DNA of 32,606 bases from a virus (Duplodnaviria; Caudoviricetes): IMG/VR virus record IMGVR_UViG_3300005611_000125, positions 1 through 32,606 of that record; one strand, 5' to 3'. A program made the translations under genes and the position numbers. Of this stretch, positions 1 through 10,200 are shown piece by piece (position 1 is the stretch's first letter; each line of letters begins with the position of its first letter). The notes beneath the pieces were generated by a model that did no database searches, was not told where the DNA came from, and saw only the letters and a list, made by a program, of their open reading frames with translations.

Positions 1-891
1 CACACCTTGAGTTATTGCTAAAAGTCCTTTGACATTAGCAGCTTTTTCTGCAAAAGTTGATGCTACTAATTTCTCAAAATCTGCAGTGCTACCTTTAACT
101 TGATCAGCTAATTTATTAATGGATTCATCGAATCCAGCAATACCACCAGTAATTGTTTTTAGTGCCAATCCTGCCTTTGCTATATCCATTGCAGTCATAT
201 TGTCTTCACCCCAACCAGCAGCATTCTGATCTTTGATACCAGATTGAATTGGAAGAGTTACTGTTCCTTTACTTCTACCCCCTCCTCCACCTCCAGGACC
301 AACCCTTTCTCTACCACCAAAACTAAATCCTTGGATTTCTTTTACTGCATATGTTAATGCAGTAAATGTGATGACATCTTGACCATCTTCTATAGTTAAA
401 GGATATCTCATGTCAGTCCCAAAGTCTCTAACGTTGCTGGATGTTGTGTCTGCAGTCTGTGAGTCTCCTGCTTCTGTATCTGTCGCAGTATTACCATCTC
501 CACCACCTGCTTTATCAATTGCTTTATCAGTAACTGGATCGATTGTGTTTGCTTTTGCTTTGGTGGCAGCGTCTTTGGTTTGTTGATTTATAGACTTACT
601 TAATCTTGAATTTGAATCTTGAAGTGCTCTTCTTTCAGCATCAGTGGCTGTTGATAATGTTGTTTTGCTAGTAACATTACCATCTTTATCGGTCGTAGTA
701 TCTGAAATCTTTACAGAGTTACCTCCTTTTGCGTCAGTTCTATATGTTTCTCTCTTTACACCACCATCAGCAAGCGTAGTAACTTGTGTCTTATAAAAAG
801 ATGTCTGTCTGGGACCTTTACCACTACGACGTTGTTGTTTATTTCCTGTAAAAGTTTGTACTTTGCTTATATCGCTAGTTGCAGATGCCAT
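1..891 (-). CDS. gp48: Baseplate tail-tube cap, T4 gp48-like (3' end runs off the window)
   Basis: Not in the ORF track. Hand translation from ATG 891 stays open to base 1 (MASATSDISKVQTF...DMRYPL...DVITFTAL...GTVTLPIQSGIKDQNAAGWGEDN). The RYP and LPI..I.D.N..W motifs resemble cyanophage gp48, and there is a late promoter just upstream. Confidence 0.7.
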   Translation of the reverse strand, partial: MASATSDISKVQTFTGNKQQRRSGKGPRQTSFYKTQVTTLADGGVKRETYRTDAKGGNSVKISDTTTDKDGNVTSKTTLSTATDAERRALQDSNSRLSKSINQQTKDAATKAKANTIDPVTDKAIDKAGGGDGNTATDTEAGDSQTADTTSSNVRDFGTDMRYPLTIEDGQDVITFTALTYAVKEIQGFSFGGRERVGPGGGGGGRSKGTVTLPIQSGIKDQNAAGWGEDNMTAMDIAKAGLALKTITGGIAGFDESINKLADQVKGSTADFEKLVASTFAEKAANVKGLLAITQGV

Positions 892-906
892 TGATATGGT
901 TCTTTT

Positions 907-1368
907 TTACTTATTTAGTACAAATTTTCCATATTGTACTGAGAGAAGATCGTCTAGTTCTTCTAATCTTATTTGATATAATTGACCTACTACTTCATTC
1001 CAGGTATAGTTCCTGTATTTTCTCCAGTGAAAGTTAATACCTCTAAATCCCCATGCATTTAATTCCACACAAGCAATTAATGGATGCTGATCATAGGTAA
1101 TGCCTGGAGTTTTTGCATTATAAACAAAGGTATATAGTCCACCTTCTTCTGGAATAGGAGTTACAGTATTTTTCAAAGCATCCATAATCAAAAGCATTTG
1201 ATCTTCTTGATCATGAGTTTCATTTAATTCATCAAGTATTGATAGAATACGATTGGATGATGATCTTAATTTTTCTAATCTTCTCTGCTCTTCTCTAGCA
1301 TTTATTTGTGCTTTTACTTCTTCGTAAGAAGGACCACCTGCTCTTCTTCTTTTAGCACTTCTTGCCAT
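907..1368 (-). CDS. gp2-like (DNA end protector family) short protein
   Basis: G.LYTFVYNAKT...YDQHPLI...FRGINFH resembles the T4 gp2 motif; it is coupled to gp4 through a TAATG overlap at 1368. Confidence 0.6.
   Translation of the reverse strand: MARSAKRRRAGGPSYEEVKAQINAREEQRRLEKLRSSSNRILSILDELNETHDQEDQMLLIMDALKNTVTPIPEEGGLYTFVYNAKTPGITYDQHPLIACVELNAWGFRGINFHWRKYRNYTWNEVVGQLYQIRLEELDDLLSVQYGKFVLNK
912..917 (-). promoter_or_regulatory. T4-type late promoter core (TAAATA) for gp48, inside the last codons of the upstream gene
   Basis: tattta on + reads TAAATA on -, about 20 nt upstream of ATG 891. Confidence 0.6.
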
Positions 1369-1811
1369 TACTTGATACCTAACTCGTCTTCTGTGATTAC
1401 TTTGAATTGAATTCGTCTGTCTTCACAGAACTCAACTGCTGCTTTCCACTTTGCTTGGTTCACAGCATAAGTTTTACACTCATACAGATATGATTTAGTG
1501 ACTCTTGATTTCTTTTTTGGTGGTTGTGTTTGTCTTTTTGGTTTCACCTCAACAATATAAGTCTTGATATGACCTGTGTTTTCTTTTACTTTGATAATGA
1601 AGTCTGGAAAATATTTGTGGACTCTTCTATCAACTGGTGAGATATATGGAATCCAAAACTCTTCACTACCCCACTCAAGAATGTTTTCGTTTAGATCACA
1701 GTAACGACAAAATTTTCTTTCCCAACTGCTGCGACAAATAATATTGTCTGCATTTCCTTTATATTTCTTCGGGAAGGAAGGTTTGTATTTACTTTTTATA
1801 CTTTCTCCCAT
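1368..1811 (-). CDS. gp4: Head completion protein gp4 (TnsA-like endonuclease fold)
   Basis: KYKG...I..RSSWERKF...D.N..IL.WGSEE..IPY.SPVD...H.YFPDF...EVKP..QT...NQAKW.AA matches the T4 gp4 signature. Confidence 0.9.
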   Translation of the reverse strand: MGESIKSKYKPSFPKKYKGNADNIICRSSWERKFCRYCDLNENILEWGSEEFWIPYISPVDRRVHKYFPDFIIKVKENTGHIKTYIVEVKPKRQTQPPKKKSRVTKSYLYECKTYAVNQAKWKAAVEFCEDRRIQFKVITEDELGIK

Positions 1812-1833
1812 ACATAGTATATAAGGTAAAAAC

Positions 1834-1841
1834 TATTTATA
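1834..1841 (-). promoter_or_regulatory. T4 late promoter TATAAATA driving gp4/gp2-like
   Basis: tatttata on + is a perfect TATAAATA on -, about 23 nt upstream of the gp4 ATG. Confidence 0.75.
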
Positions 1842-1842
1842 A

Positions 1843-2703
1843 ATGCCTAATAGAAAATCACTAAGTGATATTAAAGCAACGATACTGAGACCTGCGATGA
1901 CCTCGCAGTTCATGGTGTATGTTGACTTTCCTGGAAGAGTCAAAGATTATATGAAAGCAAGTCCTAGAAACCTTGCAGATCCTCAAGGTGGAGTTCTTAG
2001 GGGTGGATTAAATCTCGCATGTTCCGAGGCATCTCTCCCAGGTTCTTCTTTAGCAACTTTAGAACAAACTAGTGATCGCACTGGTGTCACTGAGAGGCAT
2101 GTGCATAGAAGAATGTTTGATGATAGAATAGATCTAACCTTCTATGTTGATGCTCATAACTATCTTCCAATTAAAGTATTTGAATACTGGAAAGAATATA
2201 TTACTGGAGGAAGTGAGAGCACTGATCTAGCTTCTTTTAATCATTATTACAGAATGAATTATCCTGATGATTATGTGACTGGTGGTGGTGCTGGCGAAAA
2301 AGGTGGAGGAGAACTTAGAGTTGTAAAGTTTGAAAGAGACTTTGATGGATCATTTAGAGGAAATAATGGTATTGTAAACGGAACTCAGGGCGGTCTTACA
2401 TATAATTTTGTAAGAGCATTTCCGATAGCAGTTGCGTCAATGCCGATATCTTATGATGCATCTTCACTTTTAAAATGCACAGTATCAATGACATACATTA
2501 GATACTACATAACCAATGGTATTGGAGATTCTGATACCAATACTTCTCCGACTCCACAATATCAAGTGACTCCACAGTTAAGGCAAGAGAATTTGAGTCA
2601 AGAGTATTACAATAACTTTGGTGATAATAGACAAAATGCAACTAACTTTGCAGACTTCACTGATGGATCTAACACTGGTGTTTTCGGACAAGCCATCGCA
2701 TAA
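1843..2703 (+). CDS. Tail-tube-fold protein (gp19/gp54-like tail tube initiator)
   Basis: C.EASLPG...LTFYVD...FEYW...AFPI.V..MPISY...CTVSMTY is typical of the T4 tube fold; baseplate context. Confidence 0.7.
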   Translation: MPNRKSLSDIKATILRPAMTSQFMVYVDFPGRVKDYMKASPRNLADPQGGVLRGGLNLACSEASLPGSSLATLEQTSDRTGVTERHVHRRMFDDRIDLTFYVDAHNYLPIKVFEYWKEYITGGSESTDLASFNHYYRMNYPDDYVTGGGAGEKGGGELRVVKFERDFDGSFRGNNGIVNGTQGGLTYNFVRAFPIAVASMPISYDASSLLKCTVSMTYIRYYITNGIGDSDTNTSPTPQYQVTPQLRQENLSQEYYNNFGDNRQNATNFADFTDGSNTGVFGQAIA

Positions 2704-2708
2704 CTCAC

Positions 2709-2714
2709 TAAATA
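2709..2714 (+). promoter_or_regulatory. Late promoter core TAAATA for gp26
   Basis: CTAAATA in the 37-nt gap before ATG 2741. Confidence 0.65.
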
Positions 2715-2740
2715 ATCACACTGAACATCTATAGGTCATT

Positions 2741-3460
2741 ATGCCATTACCAAAGATTGTTGCACCAACTTATGAACTTGAGTTGCCATCTACAGGACAA
2801 GAAATCAAATATAGACCTTTTCTTGTAAAAGAAGAGAAGGTTCTTGTAATCGCATTAGAGAGTGAAGATACAAAACAAATCACCAATGCGATTAAGTCAG
2901 TCATTAAGAACTGCATCCTTACAAAAGGAATCAAAGTAGAAACACTTCCTACATTTGATATTGAGTATCTGTTCCTCAATATTCGTGGTAAGTCTGTTGG
3001 AGAGACTGTTGAAGTCAATATCATTTGTCCAGATGATGAAGAGACTCAAGTCCCTGTGACGATTGACCTTGATGAGATCAAAGTGAAGAAGAGTGATGAT
3101 CATACCAACCAAGTTAAGGTTGATGATAATATTACTATGGTGATGAAGTATCCTTCCTTGGATCAGTTTATCAAGAGCAACTTTGATTTCAAAGATCAAA
3201 ATGCTATGGATCAATCATTTGAACTGATTGCATCTTGCATTGAATCTATTTGTACTGAAGAAGAAGTATGGGCAGCAGCAGATTGCACTAAGAAAGAAGT
3301 GACTGAATTCCTTGAGTCTATGAACTCATCACAATTCAAGGGTATTGAGGCATTCTTTGAAACAATGCCAAAACTTTCTCATACTATTTCTGTTACGAAT
3401 CCAAATACCAAAGTTAAGAGTGAAGTTGTACTTGAGGGACTGTCAAGTTTTTTCGCATAG
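2741..3460 (+). CDS. gp26: Baseplate hub subunit / assembly chaperone gp26
   Basis: MPLPKI..PTYELELPS...IKYRPFLVKEEK...FDIEYLFL.IRGKSVGE...FFETMPKL...LEGL.SFF. Confidence 0.9.
   Translation: MPLPKIVAPTYELELPSTGQEIKYRPFLVKEEKVLVIALESEDTKQITNAIKSVIKNCILTKGIKVETLPTFDIEYLFLNIRGKSVGETVEVNIICPDDEETQVPVTIDLDEIKVKKSDDHTNQVKVDDNITMVMKYPSLDQFIKSNFDFKDQNAMDQSFELIASCIESICTEEEVWAAADCTKKEVTEFLESMNSSQFKGIEAFFETMPKLSHTISVTNPNTKVKSEVVLEGLSSFFA
3448..3454 (+). promoter_or_regulatory. Putative -1 programmed frameshift slippery heptamer T-TTT-TTC
   Basis: X-XXY-YYZ in the gp26 reading frame, one sense codon (GCA) before its stop; the -1 frame is open into the gp51-like ORF. Confidence 0.65.
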
Positions 3461-3471
3461 CACTCCTTCAC

Positions 3472-3642
3472 ATGAATGTTGAGGGATACTATCGTCTCAA
3501 TTTTTCGTTGATGCAGTACCATAAATATTCACTAACAGAGATTGAAAATATGATTCCGTGGGAACGGGACATCTATGTGGCACTATTACAACAACATCTT
3601 GAAGAAGAGAAGTTAAAGCATCAGCAAGCGCATGGCATCTAG
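3472..3642 (+). CDS. gp51: gp51-like baseplate hub assembly protein (56 aa; possibly made only as a frameshift extension of gp26)
   Basis: Hand translation: MNVEGYYRLNFSLMQYHKYSLTEIENMIPWERDIYVALLQQHLEEEKLKHQQAHGI*. It is shorter than any ORF in the track and matches the small cyanophage gp51 motif. Confidence 0.85.
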   Translation: MNVEGYYRLNFSLMQYHKYSLTEIENMIPWERDIYVALLQQHLEEEKLKHQQAHGI

Positions 3643-6600
3643 GACTACTACCGATCCAATAGAAATACTCTTAGAGATGGGTGTAGACCTAGATAATCTC
3701 TCCGAAGAGGAGGATTATCTTAGTGCGTTGATGGAGGCAGTTAATACCTTAACAATAAAAGATGCAAGTGATCCTCGCATTGGATTCTTAGCAGACGAAA
3801 TAAGAAAGGTAAGACAAAAAAGAAAAGCAGCAGACCCTAAGTTTAAAGCAAAGAAGACAAGGGTATCTGCAGATAGTTTTAAGAAAGGAACTGCAACTAC
3901 TTCTAAAGTAGGTCAGAGAGCATTACCACCTGCTATAAAACCAAAGACTTCAATCATCCCATATCAGAAACCCGATGAGGTTGATGATGAAGAAGAGGGT
4001 GGTAAAAAGAAAAAAGCAAGAACAAGAAAGAAAACAGATAAGGATCAAAAGTTACTTGAAAAGATTGCAAAGAGTGTTAGTAATATTGCTGATATTCTGA
4101 AAGAACAGTATGGATTAAAGAAAAAGAAAGCATCATATGATCGGAAGAAAGCAGAAGCAGATAAAAGAAAACTAAAAGAGAGTGGTCTAGAGAAAAGTTT
4201 TAAAGGATTAGCAAGTGCAGCAGAGAAAATAATTGCACCTGTTAAGGGTGCTCTTGATAGCATTCTTGATTTCTTTATCAATATAATTATTGGAAGGTTT
4301 CTTGTTAAGTTCATTCGTTGGTTTGGTGATCCAAAGAATGCAAAGAAAGTTGATTCAGTTGTTAGATTTTTAGTAGATCATGGACCTAAACTTTTAGCAG
4401 CATTCCTGTTATTTGGTACAGGAATTGGCAGATTTGCTGTTAGATTATCTGCAGTTTTAATAAAAGGTGCTCTAAGGTTAGGTGCAGCAGCTGCTAAGTT
4501 TGCACTTGGTTTTGCAAGACGACACCCTGCTGCTGCAGCAATAACTGCGATAGTAGGTGGTGCCGCCATTGCTGGCGCCATGCAGTCAAAAACTCCATCT
4601 AATGATCCTGATGCACCTGAAGGCAGAACTCAACTTGAAGACACCATGGATTATGGTGGTGTTACTGGTGATCCTGTTGCTGGTGCATTTAGTGCTGGTG
4701 GAATAGTTCCCTCATATGAAGAGGGTGGAACTGTAGGTGGTTTTGTACCAAACTTCTTTGGAATGGCAAAGGGTGCTGGATCATCTATAAAAGAAAAAGG
4801 TTTTGGTAATGCAGCATTAGATTTTGCTGGTGGTGCATTAGGTGGTGTAAAGAACTTCATGGATGAAAAAGGCATCAGTGATGTCTTGATGGCACATCCT
4901 CTTGCAAAGTTAGGACTACTTGGATTTGACAAAGGAAAACAATTACTTGGTGGACTTACAGATCATCTAAACGAGACGGGTCTCACTGACATATTGATGC
5001 AACACCCTCTTGCTAAGGTGGGTGCCTTTGGTCTTAATAAGTTCATGAACTTTGGCAAAGACCCTGCAAGAGATATTACTGGAGAAAGTGGTAAAGATGT
5101 TACAGGTGCTGGTGTTGATACTCAACTAATTTCTGCAAGACCTGGAGACTTTGTTGTCAATAAGAAGACAGCAGATGCAATGGGTCCAGATTACTTCGAT
5201 GCTATCAGCACCGATACTGGAGAAAAAGTATCTGGAGCAGGTCCAGATACACAGATGATTGCCGTCAGACCAGGTGAGATTGTTGTTAATAGAGAGACAG
5301 TTAGTGCTCTTGGTCCTGACCACTTCTTAGGTCTTAATAGATTATTTGGTGGTGCGGGTGCCAACAAACCAAAGATGGCAAAGGTTCAATCTGCCTCTAA
5401 TGGTGGATTTGTTCTTCCTGCCTTCAGTAGTGGAGGTATGGTTCATGGTGGTGAAAATCCATCTACAGGAGATGGATCTAAAACAGGAGGTCTACCAGTT
5501 GTTTCAGTATCTCACCCTAATACTGGCAGTGGATTTGGAGTAGAGGGAGTAACTGATTATAAAGGTAGACCAGGAGTATTCTCAAAAGGTGCTGCTGAAG
5601 CGTTCGCAAAAATGATCACCGATTCTGGTGGTGCAGTTAAAGGTTCTGACATTGCTAGTAGTCAGAGAAGCAAATCATATAACGCACATGTAGGTGGTGT
5701 TTCTAATTCCAATCACCTGTTTGGTAATGCTCTTGATATCCATGGAACTTCTCAAACATGGATGCGAGCAAATGGTCAAAAGTATGGTTGGATTGTAAAC
5801 GATTATCCTGGTTCACACGGAGGACACTTTAACTATAAGGGTGCTGGTGCATCCAAGATGAATACACCTGATGAGGGAAGTCCAGTTGCAACTGGTCAAG
5901 GTGGTCAACCGTTAGGGAGCACAACTCAAAGAGCAGGTACAGGGTTGCGTTCTGGTGGACCTAGTGGAACTGCTAAATCTTCCGTTGTTCTTGCACTTAA
6001 GAATGGTGTGCAAGGTAAACTAAACACTGCAACTGGTAAGTTTACCCCAGCAGAATTTTCACCTGCAGAGAGAGCAAGATATACTAAGTTTGGTGGAACA
6101 ATCCCTGAGGCAAAACCAAAAGCAGAACCACAGAATAAACTTATCAGCACATTGGCAGGTGCTGCGGGCGGTGCAGCAGTTGGTGCTATGCTTGGTGGAC
6201 CATTAGGTGCTCTCGTCGGTGGTGTCGCTGGTGGTATTTTAGGATCTGGAATACTTAGTGGTGAATCTGATCCAAATAAACCCAAGAGAAGTGATTTCCC
6301 CATGGGAAGATCGGGTGCTAAAAAGTACAGTGAAGCAATGAAGAAGTATAAAACAGAGAAGCAGCAAGCAGCAGCACAGAAAGAAGCAAATAAACCCAAG
6401 AGAAGTGACTTCCCCATGGGAAGGGCAGGTGGAAAGGCATATAGTGAAGCATTGAAGAAGCATCAGTCAGGAGATTCAACTACTGCACAACCTGCAAGTC
6501 CATCTTCAGAGGCAACGAAGAGACATGCTGAGTTGATGAAGTCCACTGATCAAAAGAGGATTGCTGATTATGATGCTAAGCATGGGGAGGGTGCATATTC

Positions 6601-7237
6601 TAAAGAGTTGCAGAAAAAACTAAACAAGATATATCCTGCTGCTGCAAAAGATCCTAAGTCTGGATCACCAGCGACTCCAACAGGAAAGGTTGTTGGTAGA
6701 GATAAGTTATCACCTAGAGCACAGAAAGCACTAGCACGAATGGATGCACAGAAAGCAGGTGGACTGCAACCTGATATGAAAACAAGCGGACCAGCACTGG
6801 GTAGACTGGCAATGGGTGCCTTAGGAGGATCTCTGCTAGGACCCATGGGTATGATGGGAGGTGCTCTCTTGGGTGGTGGTGTAGAAAATATAATGGGAAA
6901 TATTAGTAATGCAATGACTCAATATGGTATGAATGTAAAAGATGGTAATATAGGCAAACCAACAGCACAAGAACAGAAAGATCTTGATGCCCTTGCTGCA
7001 AATAAAGCAAAACTTCGTGCTAAAGAAGCAAAGTTAGGAACCATGGGTAAAGATTTAGTCACTCCAGGACCACCACCTGGTGGAGGCAGCAATGTGAAAG
7101 TTGTCAGAGCACCATCTCCTAGTGGTGGTGATAATCCAAATGATAAGAACACTGGTGGATCTGATGTTGATGCAGCACAAACTGGTAATGGTAACAAGGC
7201 AAAATGGAATATCTTAGGTATTCCTATGCCTTTCTAA
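3632..7237 (+). CDS. Tape-measure-like virion protein with an M15/LAS (D,D-peptidase-like) domain
   Basis: Lys-rich and helical N-terminus, hydrophobic segment, duplicated G.DTQ...RPG..VVN tape-measure motif, and Zn-peptidase motif SQRS...SNHLFGNALDI...WMRANG.KYGW...HGGH. Lies directly after the chaperone genes. Confidence 0.65.
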   Translation: MASRTTTDPIEILLEMGVDLDNLSEEEDYLSALMEAVNTLTIKDASDPRIGFLADEIRKVRQKRKAADPKFKAKKTRVSADSFKKGTATTSKVGQRALPPAIKPKTSIIPYQKPDEVDDEEEGGKKKKARTRKKTDKDQKLLEKIAKSVSNIADILKEQYGLKKKKASYDRKKAEADKRKLKESGLEKSFKGLASAAEKIIAPVKGALDSILDFFINIIIGRFLVKFIRWFGDPKNAKKVDSVVRFLVDHGPKLLAAFLLFGTGIGRFAVRLSAVLIKGALRLGAAAAKFALGFARRHPAAAAITAIVGGAAIAGAMQSKTPSNDPDAPEGRTQLEDTMDYGGVTGDPVAGAFSAGGIVPSYEEGGTVGGFVPNFFGMAKGAGSSIKEKGFGNAALDFAGGALGGVKNFMDEKGISDVLMAHPLAKLGLLGFDKGKQLLGGLTDHLNETGLTDILMQHPLAKVGAFGLNKFMNFGKDPARDITGESGKDVTGAGVDTQLISARPGDFVVNKKTADAMGPDYFDAISTDTGEKVSGAGPDTQMIAVRPGEIVVNRETVSALGPDHFLGLNRLFGGAGANKPKMAKVQSASNGGFVLPAFSSGGMVHGGENPSTGDGSKTGGLPVVSVSHPNTGSGFGVEGVTDYKGRPGVFSKGAAEAFAKMITDSGGAVKGSDIASSQRSKSYNAHVGGVSNSNHLFGNALDIHGTSQTWMRANGQKYGWIVNDYPGSHGGHFNYKGAGASKMNTPDEGSPVATGQGGQPLGSTTQRAGTGLRSGGPSGTAKSSVVLALKNGVQGKLNTATGKFTPAEFSPAERARYTKFGGTIPEAKPKAEPQNKLISTLAGAAGGAAVGAMLGGPLGALVGGVAGGILGSGILSGESDPNKPKRSDFPMGRSGAKKYSEAMKKYKTEKQQAAAQKEANKPKRSDFPMGRAGGKAYSEALKKHQSGDSTTAQPASPSSEATKRHAELMKSTDQKRIADYDAKHGEGAYSKELQKKLNKIYPAAAKDPKSGSPATPTGKVVGRDKLSPRAQKALARMDAQKAGGLQPDMKTSGPALGRLAMGALGGSLLGPMGMMGGALLGGGVENIMGNISNAMTQYGMNVKDGNIGKPTAQEQKDLDALAANKAKLRAKEAKLGTMGKDLVTPGPPPGGGSNVKVVRAPSPSGGDNPNDKNTGGSDVDAAQTGNGNKAKWNILGIPMPF
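6273..6450 (+). repeat. Intragenic direct repeat (NKPKRSDFPMGR.G.K.YSEA.KK twice, 114-nt period)
   Basis: caaataaacccaagagaagtga(t/c)ttccccatgggaag at 6273 and 6387. Confidence 0.85.
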
Positions 7238-7250
7238 GGAGATATAAGAT

Positions 7251-10200
7251 ATGGCATTACCCGCATTACTAGGAGCAGGAGCAAGAGCAGTTGGTGGATC
7301 CATGGTCAAGGCTGGTGGTAGAGCTGTTGCTGGCAAAGTCTTAGGTCGTGGAAGAAAGAAACAAGCACAACCTGGGAGAATCATTCCTGGAAGAGAAGGA
7401 GTGGATGGTGGTAAAGGTGGTGCTATCATAAAACCAAAAGTCAAAATGGTTTCTGCAAAGGAGATAAAGTCTTTGCAAACTGGTGATACAGTATCTCCTG
7501 GAAAAGATCCTTTGAAATCCATCTATAATAATGTGATTCTTATTGAGAAGATTCTGAAGGGAAATAATATTGCGGATAGAGATGCATTAAAGGAGAAAAA
7601 GAAAAACGATAAGAAAGCTGACAAAGCTGCACAAGAGAAAAAGTTAGAGACAAAACCTCCAAAGATTGATAAGAAAAAAGGTGAGGTAATGAAACTCCCT
7701 GAGACAGGAGTCTTTGGTTGGATTAAAAACTTTATTGGTAATATCCTTTTGGGATATTTTGCAGTCAGATTAATTAAGTATCTACCTCAAATGATGGGGT
7801 TACTTAAAGGTTTGGGTCATGTTGTTGATTTTGTAACAGACGTTGGAATGTTCTTGGTGGATGGTATAGCAACATTCATAGATTTTGCATACAACGTTTA
7901 TGATGGCACCAAAAATATAATGAAGGGCATCGGATTAGAGGGTGCCTTTGATGCTATAATGAAGGCAATGGAAGTTGCCATCACAGTATTGACATTTGCA
8001 TTAGGTGCAAAGTCATTAGGTGGATTTGGTGATAGTAGAGGTGGTGGTAAACCTGGTAGAAGTAAACCACAAACCAGAATTGCAGGACCAAAGGGTAATC
8101 TTTTAGGTAGTCAAGATAGAGTCACATCTACTGCTGCTGCAAGAAGATATGCCAATAGATTTGGTAGAGACGCAGCAGAAAAGAGATTCGGTAAAGATGC
8201 TGTCAGTGGTCTTGGTGGAAAGTTTGGTAGGTCTAGAGTTACTAACTTTGCTAGGGGTGCTGCTACTGGAGTTGCTAAGAAACTTGGTGGTAGACAGGGT
8301 GTCAAGATGCTTGCATCCCTTGGAAAAATAGGTAAGTTCCTCAAAGTTCCTGTCATAGGATCAATCATTAGTGTTGTTATTTCATTAATGAATGGTGACC
8401 CTATTCAAAAAGCACTATTCAAAGGTGTAGGAACTGCTGTTGGTGGTGCTCTTGGTGGTTTTCTTTCTACTTTCATAGGAATTCCTCCGTTGGGATTATT
8501 CCTTGGTGGTATTATTGGTGATTATGTTGGTGACTTACTCTACACATTATTCTTTGGAGGAGGTCTCAAAGCTGCTGGTGCCAAACTTGGTAATGACCTT
8601 AAGGGTTTATTCATGGGAATTGGTGATGGTGTAAAAGCAATCTTCAGTTGGGTTTTTGGTGGAGGTCTGCTTGACTTACTGAAGAATGTTGGTGGTGGAC
8701 TACTGAAGTTTGCGGGTTATATTTTAAATCCTGGTGGTCTTCTTTGGGATATGTTAAAAGCAGGTGGTGCTGTTGTTGGTGCAATAACTAATTTTCTATT
8801 TGGTGGTGGATTATTAGATCTGATTAAGAATGTTGGTGGTGGTGTTCTGAAGTTCATAGGTTATATTTTAATGCCTAATGGATTACTATTTGATGCATTG
8901 AAGGCAGGTGGTGCTGCTGCTAAAATGATTTTTGATTTTGCTAAGAGTATTGTTGGCAATCTTGTTGGTGGTGCTGTTGAAGGAACAAAGAGGGTTGCTG
9001 GTGGATTCTTTGATGCACTGACCTTTAATCTATTTGACTTTGATAAACAGAACAAAGTTGAAACTAAGAAAGCAGGTGGTGAAGTTGGTAGAGGACTTCA
9101 AGAAGATACTTTAAAACAACAAAAGAAAGCACTTAGAAAGAAACCATCATTCCAAAAAATCAAAGCACCTGAAGGTGGGAAGATAAAAACTGGGAAGAAA
9201 ACTGAAAAAGCATGGTGGGACTTCTTAGGATGGGCAGGAACTGAAGGTCAAGAAGAAACCATGGATCTTGGTCCTGGTGGACAGATGCTCGCTAACAAGG
9301 TTGTCAATCTTGGTAACTCCTTTGGAGAGTATCCTTATTTTGGACCTATCTTATCTCTTGCAGCTAGGGTAATCCTTGGAGAAACTCCCTCTGAAGAAGA
9401 CTATAAGAATGTTGGATATGGACTTAATATGTTGGTGGGTGATGGAGTTCAGAAAGGAAAAATAGGTGAGGGTATTAAAGGATATGAAGATGGTGGTATG
9501 ATAGATGACTACTATGCCATGGCAGGTATTGACATCGGTAGGTGGGCAACTGATACGTTCAAGAAAGAACTTTCAACTACTCTTAATAAAAACTTTAACG
9601 TAATGGGCACTGGTGGTGGAGAGTCTGGCACTACATCATCATCAACCACTACATCATCAACTTCAGCAGTGGTTACTCCAGGTGCAGCATCGGGAGCAGT
9701 TGCTGCAAGTGAACTTTATAAAGAAATAGGTGCTAATGCAGAACAGTGGGACATCTTTAGAAACAGTGTTGCTCTTATTGAAAGCAATGGTAAGTATGAT
9801 ATTTTTGGTGGCAGTGGAGATCATTATGATGGAAGATATCAGATGGGAAGAGCTGCTAAGATAGATGGATCAAGAATTGCTGGTGTCTCAGATCCTGGAC
9901 ACTCTGACGATCCCAATGCAGAAGTAAGAGCAAAGTATAGAGCAAATCCAGAACTACAAGAAACTGTATTCACTGGATTCACAGTTGCCAATCATAGATA
10001 TTTGATGCGTAATGCAACATATAAAGACTCTAGTGTAGAAAGAAAGTTACAAATTCTTGGGTACGCCCACAACCAAGGAATGGGTGGTGCAGAAAGTTGG
10101 ATCACTACTGGAGTAGTCGGTAAGGATGGATTTGGAACAAAAGGAACTAAGTATACTGATTTGATTGCTGCTAACTTTAGAGCACAAAAATCTGGTGGGG

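Noticed and set aside
1368-1811. TnsA-like transposase or mobile element
   Set aside because: The fold is shared with T4 gp4, and the sequence and synteny fit head completion protein; no tnsB/C or terminal repeats.
3521-3527. ATAAATA inside gp51 as a promoter for the tape-measure gene
   Set aside because: It coincides with the HKY codons and lies about 105 nt from the ATG; it cannot be told apart from coding constraint.
6273-6450. 37-nt repeats as a CRISPR mini-array
   Set aside because: Only two copies, in frame within a protein repeat, with synonymous variation and no cas genes.
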